A stretch of 64,000 bases of DNA from Dendrobates tinctorius. Taxonomy: Eukaryota. Position numbers and translations under genes: made by a program. A model generated the notes under the pieces. That model saw only the letters and a program-made list of their open reading frames with translations, ran no database searches and was not told where the DNA came from. Below are positions 51,141 through 63,969 of the stretch, piece by piece. How positions within the stretch are numbered: position 1 is the first letter of the stretch; every line of letters starts with the position of its first letter. The stretch spans positions 37,634,001 through 37,698,000 of the forward strand of contig NW_027361696.1 of the NCBI RefSeq assembly GCF_039654945.1, in the 5' to 3' direction.

Positions 51141-51937
51141 TGGATTGCTTTTAAAAAAGCAGTTTGCGGAGCAGTGGGTAAACAGCAATGCAGGAATGTC
51201 AGGAAGCCTTAGAAGGCAGCCCAACAACCAACACCACTGATACACCACTATATAGCCTCCCCTTGCACTGCACACACAGTGACTGGTGTGTTGTACAGGC
51301 CAAATCGCTAGCAGCAGAAGCAGGTTTTTTTTCTTCTCAGCAGGACAAAAAAAAAAATTGGGATTGCTTTTAAAAAAGCAGTTTGCGGAGCAGTGGGTAA
51401 ACAGCAATGCAGGAATGTCAGGAAGCCTTAGAAGGCAGCCCAACAACCAACACCACTGATACACCACTATATAGCCTCCCCTTGCACTGCACACACAGGG
51501 ACTGGTGTGTTGTGCAGGCCAAATCGCTAGCAGCAGAAGCAGTTTTTTTGTCTTCTTCCCTGCCTAACGCTCTCCCTACAGAATCAGCAGCAACCTCTCC
51601 CTATACTGAGATCGGCAGAAGTAAGATGGCGGTCGTCGTGCACGCCCTTTTATACCCCCTGTGACGCCCACCAAAGCAAGCCAATCACTTGCATGCCCTT
51701 CTGAAAGATGGTGGTGACCCCTGCCTATGTCATGACGTTGCCCACAGTGTCTGTGGATCCTGATTGGCTGAAAAAGAGCGCAAAACAAACTTTTGAAACG
51801 CGACTTTGGTGCGTAAGTCGCCGACCTCGTGGCCGACCTCATCCTAGGGTCGGGTTTCGTTTCATGAATCCCGACTTTGCCAAAAGTCGGCGACTTTTGA
51901 AATTTTTCAACCCGTTTCGCTCAACTCTACCTTTTAC

Positions 51938-53400
51938 CCCAAAAGGGTGGTTTGCATGTTAATGACAGGCCAATTTTTACAATTCTGACCACTGTCCCTT
52001 TATATAGTAATAACTCTGCAATGCTTCCATGGATCCTGGAGATTCTGACATTGTTTTCTCATGATATTTTGTCCTCCGTGAAAGTGGTACAATTTCTTTG
52101 ATAATACTTGCGTTTATTTGTGGAAAAAAATGGAAATTTGGTGAAGACGTTGAAAATTTTGCAATTTTCCAACTTTGAATTTTCATGCCCTTAAATCACA
52201 GAGATATGTGACATAAAATACTTAATAAGTAACATTTCCCACATGTGTTTTCTTTACATCAGCACAATTTAGGAACCAAAATTTTTTATTGTTAGGAATA
52301 TATAAGGGTTACAGCGATTTCTCATTTTTATAAGTTTTTTTAGTGACCACATCACATTTGAAGTCACTTTGAGGGGTCTATATGACAGAAAATACCCAAA
52401 AGTGACACCATTCTAAAAACTGCACCCCTCAAGGTGCTCAAAACCACATTCCAGAAGTTTATTAACCCTCCAGGGGCTTCACAGAAGTTTTTTGAATGTT
52501 TAAAATAATGAACATTTAACTTTATTCACAAAAAAATTTAATTCAGATACATTTTTTTTTATTTTACCAATCGTAACAGGAGAAACTGGACCACAAAAGT
52601 TATTGTGCAATTTCTCGTGCGCATGCTGATATCCCATATATGCAGGTAAACCACTGTTTGGGTGCATGGCTGGGCTCGGAAGAGAAGGAGCACAATTTGA
52701 CTTTTCAGAGCAAAATTGGCTGGAATTGAGGCACCATGTTGCATTTGGAGAGCCCCTGATGTGCCTAAACAGTGAAAAACACCCACAAGTGACACCATTT
52801 TGGAAAGTAGACCCCATAAGGAACTTGTCTAGATTTGTGGTGAGCACTTTGAATCATCAAGTGCTTCACATAAGTTTATAGCGTAGAGCCGTAAAAATAA
52901 AAAAGCATATTTTTGCACAAAAATGATTTTTTCACCCCCAATTTTTTTTTTCCCCAAGGGTAACAGGAAAAATTGGATGCAAAAGTTGTTGTGCAATTTG
53001 TCCTGAGTATGCCGATACCCCATATGTGGAGGTAAAGCACTATTTGGGTGCATGGCAGAGCTCGGAAGGGAAGGAGTACTGTTTGAATTTTCAACGCAAA
53101 ATTAGCTGTAATTAAAATCGGACACCATGTCGCATTTGGAGAGCCCCTGATGTGTCTAAATGCAGTGATCATTTTGACACCATGGGTGTGTCACAGAATG
53201 TTATGCCATTGGGCAGTGAAGACAAAATAACTACATTTTTACCGTCAACATTTTGTTTTAGTCAAAGATTTAAGATTTTCACAAAAGAAGTGGGTAAAAA
53301 TGGCAGCCAAATTAGTCCCACAATTTCTGCTGAACGTGGCAATTCCCCATATGTGGCTATACAGTGCTACTTAATCATGCAGAGAAACTTGGGAGGAATG
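51938..53400. mobile_element. Large non-autonomous repeat, same family as 5489-7766, inverted
   Basis: Reverse-complement similarity (e.g. AAGTGACACCATTCTAAAAACTGCACCCCTCAAGGTGCTCAAAA). Confidence 0.6.
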
Positions 53401-53796
53401 GAGAGCTATTTCCTATTCAAGAGAATGGGTCTGTGCACATGTCAGTGTGTTTCCGCGGATGGTGTGTTCATGGGCAACACACGCTGACATGTCCATTTTA
53501 TAATGTTAGCATATGCCACAAAACATCCAGCACACGTTCATACACATAACATATATGGATATCATCCATGTGACACGCATCGATGCTGGGAAGAAGAGTT
53601 ACAGTAAGCACTGATCCCCGGCGTCGGGTGCTGAACTTTGCTCTCATCATTGTCCCCAGCTTCTGCCGATTGCTGGCAGAGCAGGGGAGAATGATGAAAA
53701 CCATGTTCAGCACCCAGCGCTGGGGAAAGGCTTCTTCCCTGGCACCCATCCTTGTGGTAGGGATGCAGCACATGCATGCCAGACGTGTGCCACAAG

Positions 53797-56051
53797 TAGA
53801 GTTGAGCGATACCGTCCGATACTTCAAAGTATCGGATCGGAATGGATCGGCCGATCTTAAAAAAAAGTATCGGTATCGCCGATTCCGATACCGGAAGTCC
53901 CATTCAAGTCTATGGGACTTCCGGTATCGGAATAAGAAAAACCCTGTTTTTGCCTTGTACAGCCTCTCTGGGTCTGTACGGGCCTTTCGGGGGGCTGTGC
54001 CGGCCTGCCAGGGGGTCTGTGCAGGCTCCGGTGGTCTGTGCCGGCCTGCCGGGGGGCTGTGCCGGCCTGCCGGGGGGGCTGTGCAGGCTCCGGGGGGCTG
54101 TGCCGGCCTGCCGGGGGGCTGTGCCGGCCTGCCAGTGGTCTGTGCAGTCTCCGGTGGGCTGTGCCGGCCTGCCGGGGGGCTGTGCCGGCCTGCCGGTGGT
54201 CTGTGCAGGCTCCGGTGGGCTGTGCCGGCCTGCCGGGGGGCTGTGCCGACCTGCCGGGGGTCTGTGCAGGCTTCGGGGGTCTGTGCAGGCATCGTCCGAT
54301 GGGACTACAAGTCCCATCGGGCGATGCCTGCTACCATGACAGTGATTGACACATTAGCCAATGATGGGACAGTAGTAGTCCCATCATCCGGCTAATGTGT
54401 TGAATGTAAAAAAATTACATGCTACATTCATACTACATACTACATACATGCTACATTCATACTACATATATACTACATGCAACATACATACTACATATAT
54501 ACTACATGCATGCAACATGCATACTACATATATACTACATGCAACATACATACTACATATATACTACATGCATGCAACATGCATACTACATATATACTAC
54601 ATGCTACATACATACTACACATATGCTACATATATACTACATGCATGCTACATACATACTGCATGCTACATACATACTGCATGCTACATACATACTACAT
54701 GCTACATACATACTACATATATGCTACATACATACTACATATATACTACATGCATGCTACATACATACTGCATGCTACATACATACTACATGCTACATAC
54801 ATACCACATATATACTACATACATACTACATGCATGCTACATGCTACATACATACCACATACATACTACATACATACTACATACATACTACATGCATGCT
54901 ACATACATACTACATGCTACATACATACTACATATATACTACATGCATGCTACATACATACTACATGCTACATACATGCTACATACATACTACATGCTAC
55001 ATACATACCACATACATACTACATATATACTACATGCATGCTACATACATACTGCATGCTACATGCATGCTACATACATACTACATACATACTACATGCT
55101 ACATACATACCACATATATACTACATACATACTACATACAATACATTCATACAATACATACATAGACATACAGTACATATAACATAGAGTAACATACTTA
55201 CCAATACTTGTCACATTGTTCCCCGAAGCCATTGTCTTTTACGGAATAAATATTAACATAACAAACCACAAAAATACTCACCCACGATCCGAAGCAGTCC
55301 ACGAGTGTGTCCCACGACGATCTTGGGTAGAGAACTGCAGCATCAGCTGATGCTGCCGTTCTCTACGGGCTGCAGGAATCCAATGACGGAAGGTAGGTAT
55401 CCTTCCGCATTGTATTCCTCCGCCACTTAAAAAAAAAAAAGTCCCTAGTCTCACTTTATGCCATTGCTGTGTGGGAATTTCCAACGCATGTATGTAGTAT
55501 TTTTTTTTTTTTTAACATTTAACACATTAGCCGGATGATGGGACTACTACTGTCCCATCATTGGCTAATGTGTCAATCACTGTCATGGTAGCAGGCATCG
55601 CCAGATGGGACTTATAGTCCCATCGGACGATGCTTGCACAGACACCCGGACATCAGCACAGCCCCCCGGCAGGCCGGCACAGCCCCCCGGCAGGCCGGTA
55701 CAGACCCCCACAGGGTGCACAGACCACCGGCAGGCCGGCACAGCCCCCCGGCAGGCCGGTACAGACCCCGGGCAGTCCACACAGCCCCCCGGCAGGCCGG
55801 TACAGACCCCGGGCAGTCCACACAGCCCCCCGGCAGGCCGGCAGAGACCCCCGGAAGGCCCAAAATGACGGCGCATCATGATGCGCACACACCGCGCATC
55901 ATGATGACGTCAGGCTGTCAATCAACTTTGAACTTCCGATTCCGATGCCGACTTCCGATATTGAAAAAATATCGGAAGTCGGTATCGGAATTCCGATACA
56001 GCAAGTATCGGCCGATACCCGATACTTGCGGTATCGGAATGCTCAACACTA
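53797..56051. mobile_element. Second copy of the palindromic non-autonomous hAT element, inner right arm deleted
   Basis: Same TIRs, TSD GCCACAAG on both sides. Jumps from the centre (~55487) to the end of the right microsatellite. Confidence 0.93.
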
Positions 56052-56929
56052 GCCACAAGTATTATCAGGGCTTTTTTAGTAAAAAAATATTTTGCCTGTA
56101 CGCATTTCTGATTAATTTCTCACTATTTCAAAAACTTTTAATCCCCACTAATATATCACATTTGGGAAACAACCATGATATCGCAAGTTGTTCTGGATCT
56201 ATAATTGACCACCATTACCCACAGCAGCCAGACAGTTCTGGCAGCTACAGCTGAAGGCAAGGGTTATGAATGCAGGAAGTGGTGTGCTGCCACTTAGAGG
56301 TTTATATATCAAGAGAACTCCTTTTTTGTAAGTCTGAGATTCCAGAGTAGAAGTCACTGTTATAAAGCAGTTTTCATTATGGCACATATATAGGGTCTGA
56401 AGCCTGTGCCACTTTCTATGACATTAAAATACCTCAGTACGTGTAGCGCCAGCATCTCAGCACGTTTCTTCCCTCCACTGGCAGGGACACTGACTCAGTC
56501 ACCGCCACAGCCCCCATCCTGCTATTCCTTCCCTGCCGACTGTTGCCCGGGGTCTCTACACAGCTCGCAGATTCTTACCCTCCGCCACCGCTGCCAGTCC
56601 CTGCTTCTTCCTGCTTTCACCGGCGTCATGTGACAGGCGCAGCAGCAATGACGTCATTGCTGCTGCGCCGGTCATAGCCAGGTACAAGCAGGAAGAAGCA
56701 GGGACTGGAGGGCAGCAGCGGTGACAGAGCGAATGAGGGTAAGAATGAATGCTTTATTATTTTAAGGTGTACAGCAGCACCTTCAGATTTCCGGTACGCC
56801 GTACTGGTGCGTACCGGTGCAAAAAAAGCTCTGAGTAGTATACACACGGACACTGACATCTCTGGTACCGGAATTATGAGGACGTGTGAAAGAGGTGTTA
56901 TACTGGGTTTTATGTTTAGCTGCTGTCAC

Positions 56930-57565
56930 TGTTATTGCTGCCTAATGCCTCTATAAAAATAGACTTTTGTGACTTTCAGAGTCCCTCCTTCATAAAAGAA
57001 ACAGGATGTGTGGTGTCTGATGATATGTCACACACCACATGGCCAGCTAAGGTTGCTAAATGTTAAAATGACATGTCCCTGTGAATGCATTTGCATTGGT
57101 TGAAAGCAATGCTAAAGTTGATAAACGCATCAAAAACGCTAAGTGTGAACATAGCCTAAGTGGTGGAGGCACATTTTTTTGGGTTATTTATTTTGCCTTA
57201 CATTCAAATCATTACCCTAGAAAGTAAGTTCCTTAGCCTATTTCCCAGGAAAATCCATTTCGGTTCTGTTTTTGTATGTTCTAGTGTGCGCCTGTAAAAG
57301 TGACATAACATTCTGACAACATTCTTCACAGCAGTGACCTGGGAGTCAGAAATACTTCCAGGGGTCTTCTCCATGCTGTTCACATGTTATTTCAACACTG
57401 TTTCCATTGATTTCAGATGTTTTGAGATGCTAAAAAGACACCCGGGGGGTTGCTGCAAATTACTCGGGTTTTCCATAGACTTACATTGGGCTCGCTGCTT
57501 GGATCAAGCACTCGAGCATTCCAGTTTGAATGAGCACTCAAGCATTTTAGTGCTTGCCCATCATT
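56930..57565. mobile_element. Right end of a non-autonomous hAT-derived element
   Basis: Homologous to ~10870-11474; ends GCTTGCCCATCATTA. Confidence 0.6.
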
Positions 57566-57589
57566 AGATACTGCCACATTTGGTAAAAA

Positions 57590-58420
57590 ATATATAGCAA
57601 ACTGTAGGTCCATTTTCTCCTATTATCCCTTGTGGAAATTATAAATTTTAAGTTAAAACAGTATTTTAGTGGAAAAAAATGCTTTTTTGCTTTCATATCT
57701 AAATGTTATAAAGTTTTGTGAATAACCTGTAGGCTACAAATGCTAATTTTACCCCTAGATGAATTCCTTGAGGGATGTATGGGGTCACTTTTGGGGGTTT
57801 CTGCTGTTTCACTACCTCACTTCTGCAAATAAGACATGATGTCTGCAATCTATTCCAGACAAATTTATATTCCAAATACCAAACGTCGTTTCTTCATTCC
57901 GAGCCCTGCCGTCGGTAGAAACAGAACTTTTTGACTACATGTTCATTTAAATCTGAATGGGTCCCTAAAGAAACTGGCTTTTTAAATTTCTCTAACATCA
58001 TAACAAAATAAAATTAAATTTGAAAAATTATGCAGTTGTAAAGTAGATTTATGAGAAATGTTATTTATTAATTATTTTGCACAGCATGACTAACTGTTTA
58101 AGGATATAAAGATTGAAAGTTTGAAAATTGCTAACTTTTTCAAAAGTTTTCACCAACATTTATTTTTTTTGGACAATTGAACGCAAAATATATCATCCTT
58201 AATTTACTACTAACATAAAGTACAATTAGTCACAAAAAAATCTCAGAATCACTGATATATGTTAAAGAGTTTCAGAGATGTCACAACACGAAGAGGCATT
58301 GTCTTTGAAGCATGTCTCTGAAGAGGCAATTTGCACAACATGAAGTGACACTGGTCTGATTTAAAAAAAAATTGGCCTGGTCATTAGGGTTAAAATTGTC
58401 TCCTTCACTAAGAGGTTCAT
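57590..58420. mobile_element. Decayed terminal part of the large non-autonomous repeat family
   Basis: Inverted similarity to ~51940-52260 (GGCCTGGTCATTA, GAAATGTTATTTATTAA). Confidence 0.5.
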
Positions 58421-59350
58421 TAAAAGGATAAATAAATCAGTCTGGTTTTGGGTGTATTGGCCTTGGATAAAGATGTTAGTTCAATTGAATAATAATGGAG
58501 GGCACTGTTCATGAGATACAATAGACTGGAAAGGTAACACTTCTATGGAGCCTTCTAATTTCATTAGTAACTCAGCATTAGAAGAGACAAGCACATACCA
58601 GGGACCACCTCAGCCACTTGTAAACACAGGACATTTCTTATGTGAATGACAGGGTTAATTGTCTCCACATATGTTTTGTAATCCTTGTCCATACTCAACA
58701 AAATGTGATCACTGTCTAATGTAAATGAAGGTGTCCTGATTCCTTGACAAGAAACACATGATATGAGTGTGGAAATAGATATGAAATAGAAAAAAAGGTA
58801 ATTAGTTAGAACTTAGATTTTTGTAGACATTGAATTTGAATTTATCACATCTCATGTCATGTCTGGTAACAGCAAAGATTGATAATGACTTTATTCCTCA
58901 AAGTAACAGACCACAGGGATAAGCATTTTCTCAAAACTCAGTAATGTCAGCTATTGTAAAGGAAATACTATTCCCATGAGTAAGTTCAACAAAAAGGTAA
59001 TTAACCTATTACCACAAATCAACACAATTATATTTAAAAACTTGATGGAATGAGAGACGGATCATTTATATGGACCCTAAGATTTAATTAGGTTTGGTTT
59101 CTAAGATTGGAATTCATCAAGTTCTTTAGAAGAGCCGATCACTATGAGTAAAATATCTATATATCAGAAAAAACTCAGAACGCAGCTGAAATTGTGGGTT
59201 AGCCTCTACATTAGACCCCATGGTGGTAAATCTTTATTAAATAAAAAAAAATCACTTCTTAACATAAAGATATTTTCAAAAACAACTATCATAAGTTATT
59301 TTTGGGAAATACTGTGGTAACTTCTTTTAGTGTTTGTGCGGCAGACCTTA

Positions 59351-59755
59351 AGGGGGTTTTACACTAAGCAATATCGCTAGCAATATCGCTAAAACGTCAC
59401 TGGTTTTGTGACGTTATAGCGATATTGCTAGCGATATCGCTATGTGTGATACTTACCAGCGACCGGCTCCCCCGCTGCTCATCGCTGATCGCGCGAGAAT
59501 GTCCGGCTCCATTTCTCGTCGGGCGCTTCCTGCTGGGCTTCCTGCTGTGACGACGAGCGACGCGTGGACGCGGGCGGGAGGACGCAGGATCGCTGTGTGT
59601 GAATGGTAAGTATCGTGCGCTGCGTCGCTGCTGCATCGCTGTGAGATCTTTCTGTATGAAAGCTCACTAGCGATCATTTAGCGATGCACCAGCGATCCTG
59701 ACCGGGTCGGATCGCTGGTTGGATCGCTGGTGCATCGCTAAATGTAAAAGGGCCT
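59351..59755. mobile_element. Harbinger-type MITE
   Basis: TTA TSD; empty paralogous site at ~4818 (ACCTTAGCC). Confidence 0.85.
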
Positions 59756-60461
59756 TTAGCCAACAACCTTTCATATAATCAATAAAAGTGCAATAAGTTA
59801 GTTTGTCGAAAGACATTAATATGTCATTATCAAGAATTATTTCACCAGAGATGATAGTAAGAATGTCAGATGTGTCCTTGATAAAAGTTGACATTTATTA
59901 ACTTGTGTAGGACCCTATATGGTTAAATAGCTTTACTAGAAAACATGGACCCCATCCAAGAGAAAATAAAGTGAGCCGATTGTGTTGTTTCAGGCATTGT
60001 CTTTTCTACTCAAGATTAATAGCTCTCATCCTACCCATTTAGTGAATGTATCTTATATCTAATAATTTTGCACACATGCAATTGAAAATTAGAAGTTAAA
60101 CTTGGATTATACGTATATGAGAGAATTATGACTTTACCAAACTGGACAAACTTGTTAAATAGCCATTATAAATCATTACATAACTTGTTTTGTTATATAC
60201 TTTTTACCTATTTTACCCGTCTATATTGATTTTTATGTATCAAATATCAATATTAGCAAATTCTATGACAATATGAGAAAAACAGACTTAAAACAGAACA
60301 TTTAATTTGTTCCCTATTTGTATCACACGATCACTTAAATGTAAAAAATAATATGTATAATACACATGAGAGGAAGAGAGTAAAATATATATTTATAACT
60401 CAAATCCTAAATAAATTTTACATATTTTCATCATTTTCCACTCCATAAACCAGTCAGTTAA

Positions 60462-60536
<75 letters not shown>
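60462..60536. repeat. (AAT)n(ATT)n self-complementary microsatellite
   Basis: Direct reading. Confidence 0.95.
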
Positions 60537-60673
60537 GACACTTTTACTATTATCCAAATGACTTAACATTGAGGCACAATAGATTCTGCAGAGGTCTCAC
60601 TTGCCCTGATCCTTTTAATCTCTCCAGAAACTCAGCATGAGGAAAGATTAGCATATACCCAGGATCCACCTAA

Positions 60674-61499
60674 AGGTACTGTCACACTTAGCGATGTACC
60701 AGCGATCCCGACCAGCGATATGACGCGGTCAGGATCGCTGGTACATCGCTAAGTGGTCGCTAGTGAGCTGCCACATAGGCAGATCTCACTAGCGACATCG
60801 CTGGGGACGGGGATCGCTACTTACCTGTCACACCAGGCGATCCTGCGTCCTCCCGCCCGGCTCCACGCGTCGCTCATCCTCACAGCAGGAAGCGCCACAG
60901 GAAGCAGACGACGAGAAACAGTCCTGAACGTTCTTGCGCGATCAGCGATAACCAGCGGGGGAGCCGGTCGTAGGTAAGTATCAGACACAGAGATATCGCT
61001 AGCAATATCGCTATAACGTCACTAGTTATAGCGATATTGCTAGCAATATCTCTTAGTGTGACATGCCCTTTAGGCTGGAGTCACACATAGCGACTCACCA
61101 GCGATCCTGACAACGATATCAATGTGTCAGGATCACTGGTGAATCGCTATGTGATCGCTGGTGAGCTGTCAAACAGACGGCTTCACCAGCGATCAGCACA
61201 GCAGCGCCGAGCGCCCGGCGTCGCTGTGCACGTTAGTAACCAGCGCGCTGATGCAGGAAGCTGGTAACTAATGTACACATCGGGTATCTAAGGGACGTAT
61301 GCCCCTTGCATACCCGATGTGTATGTTAGTTACCAGCTGATCACTGGTCTCCCGCCTGTCACACGCAGCGATGCGTGCTGGCCAGCGGGAGACCAGCGAC
61401 CAAAAAATAGTCCTGGCCTTTCCTGCAGCGATCAGCGATACCAGCAGGGGGGCCGGTCGCTGATCGCTGTCACACACAGCACTATGTGTGATGGGGCCT
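60674..61499. mobile_element. Two abutting Harbinger-type MITEs (60674-61069 and 61073-61499)
   Basis: TAA/TTA trinucleotides at 60671, 61070 and 61500, with GTCACAC/GTGTGAC-type TIRs. Confidence 0.78.
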
Positions 61500-62819
61500 T
61501 TAGTGAACTGAACACAAAGGGTATTTATATGTAGATGAATGGGTTTATCACCACAAGAATAGAGATAAAGTCTGATAAATTTAAAATTTATGGCTAGTAT
61601 GGCTAATATGTTTTAGATATAAATGTATTTATTTGTGACAATAAGTAAAATTCCTGCTTTTATATCAAGCTTACTGACAGTGATAATCGCTTGCTTTGCA
61701 GTAACGGCCATTACTGAGCTATTAAAACTTTTTTTTATCCTTTTAGCAAGTTATTTTGATGGAAGATAATCATTAGCAGTGAGCAGTGGATCGTTTGTTT
61801 CTACAAAGTTTTATTCAATTGGTTTTTTTATATCTACTCAAAATGATCATATATTTTTGCCAAGGAAGAGTCAGGACAACATCGTTAACATAATATGGTG
61901 ACCAAATTTATTGGGTTTGGACAAGGATTATGTAAAATTTATGGGAACCTTTCTTCTATCTATTTTGTATCTATTTCATATCTATCACACTTCCTATAGG
62001 AATATTCCTGAGTAAATATGTAATGCCCTATGTATACAGTCACATTGGGTGGATCCAGGTTGTTTGCTTGGCTCTTCTCATGCTGACTAACTACAGGATT
62101 TGGAAGGTTCTGGAAAGGTGTAACTTCTGCCGAGTCCATTGTGTCTCAGGGCCAATTCTATGAGGTCAGTTGGATAATAATAAAAGTTGCCTCCATTATT
62201 ATTCACGTGAACTAATAGATTTATCCCAGAGCAATACACCTAAAGCCTGACTGGTTTACGGAAAGAGCAAGGAAGACAAATTTATTTGATCTGGCTCTTA
62301 AATTATAAATACATGACAGACAAAAATGATGTTATTTTCTGTATCTCTCTTCTTCCCTCTGATTTACAGATTTTTTGGTTGTTTTTGACAATTGATTGAA
62401 ATAAATCAAATTGTCATTATTCTATTGAAAATATTGAAGATATTGGAAATGATTCATTATTTTATAGATATATCTGTACACTTTTATAATGGAAACATTA
62501 ATGAATAAAACGCCTAAATTCAGATGAACAATAGAGAGAAATCCAAATGAATTATATTTCAGATATACACAAGTAGATGACAACTTAGTAAATAGTTAGC
62601 AGGAAAGTGAAATCTGATAATTAATAAAAGATAGGTGACAGATAAATACATAAAAATATATCTAGCCATATGACTATGTAGAGAGATTTGGAGGGAAGCT
62701 CCTTACTTAGATGTTTTCTTTGGTCTTCACCTACTGAACAGACTTGTATTATGTAAATAAGATTAACACCTAAGATGATGGAAACAATGGCAGGAAAAGC
62801 CCTCCCCTTCCCAGTCTGA

Positions 62820-62853
62820 TATAAAGGAGGGTCTTCTCTCTACCCTCATACAT
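62820..62853 (+). promoter_or_regulatory. TATA box and initiator of paralog 3
   Basis: TATAAA at 62820 and CTCATAC 28 bp downstream; conserved with paralog 2. Confidence 0.72.
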
Positions 62854-62923
62854 TCTCCTAATGAACATCTTCCTGGATTCTTCTACTTCATATCCTGCAG
62901 CTACAATCAGAAGAAATAAGATA

Positions 62924-63803
62924 ATGGAGAAGTCTACAACACCTGAATCCCTTTCCACCAACTGCCCAGCTAATACTGATGAAATTGAAATAATTGTAAC
63001 CATGCGAAACCCACAAACACCAGAGAAGGAGATTGCTGAAGACCTAGGAAAGCGCTGCACTGTTTTGAAAGGTCCCACCAAGGTCTTCAATACTTTTGGA
63101 CTTTGGACTGGGAATTGGTCTTTCCTGGTCAGACTGAGAAAAGATGATTCCTCATTTGATGGACTTTGGCATCTACCAGACAGATGCACATTGGGAAACT
63201 CAGAAGCCATAATTTCTAACATGGCTGATTTATTAGAGGACGAGAATCGCAAGAAAAAATATGAACCTTTCTGCTACAGCTGCTTAATGGAAGGCCATGA
63301 ATTTGGGGACTGTCCTGACGATCTGGAAGACCTGGTGATTAGAGAAGCCAAGAAGCTTCTAAAGAAGATGAGTAAAAGGTAAGAGGACAATACACGCCAC
63401 AATCCATCACTAGGGTCTTCACACCTTGCATACATCTGTTTTTGGGACAATTGGGTGACAATCATCTTGATGTCAGACTTTTATTTATTGTGATTTTTGT
63501 AGCAAGCTTGAAAACTTAGAATCTACTGCACACAATATGAACCAGGATTAACCAGGATGAGTTTGGGGCAGAATATATCTTATTACTTTCAATACTATTG
63601 AGACCAATAATATCTAAAATGAGACCATTTCCAAAAACTTGGTGTTTTCCTGTGTATTTTACAAAAATAGGTACATTTGACAATGTTTTGCCTATTGTTT
63701 AATTTCATTGTGGTGTAATATTTACATTTTATCCTTATCTTCCCACAGAAAAAATAAAAAGATCCTTGCTGGTGGAGATGACAGAAGAACTGGTGGCAAC
63801 TGA
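62924..63803 (+). CDS. Paralog 3, apparently intact short ZCCHC3/Tx1-ORF1-like protein with one CCHC knuckle. Exon 1 62924-63378, predicted exon 2 63749-63803; unspliced stop at 63382
   Basis: IIVTMRNPQTPEKEIAEDLGKRCTVLKGPTKV.NTFGLWTGNWSFLVRLR..DGLWHLP..LG, then CYSCLMEGHEFGDC (CX2CX4HX4C). AG|GTAAGA donor and pyrimidine-tract CAG acceptor. An in-frame upstream ATG exists at 62861. Confidence 0.82.
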
Positions 63804-63969
63804 ATTTTGAAAACTAATTCTGCATCCGATCTGTATTTAGAGTCTCTGCCAGTTTTACCTAAAGCAACAAGATTGAACAAATCGGCAGCTGGACTTTGTG
63901 CTGTGGAATGAAACCGAAGACACTTTAATCCTTTGTATATTTTGATAATTTTGTAAAATGTATTACTTC

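Larger units (their letters stand above)
43708..51929 (-). mobile_element. Complete, potentially autonomous hAT DNA transposon (8222 bp), copy B
   Basis: TIRs TAGAGTTGAGC (43708) and GCTCAACTCTA (51929), perfect 8-bp TSD CCTTTTAC, uninterrupted transposase ORF. Confidence 0.96.

Noticed and set aside
62924-63382. Assigning the symbol ZCCHC3
   Set aside because: The protein is much shorter and multi-copy, and orthology cannot be shown without phylogeny and synteny.
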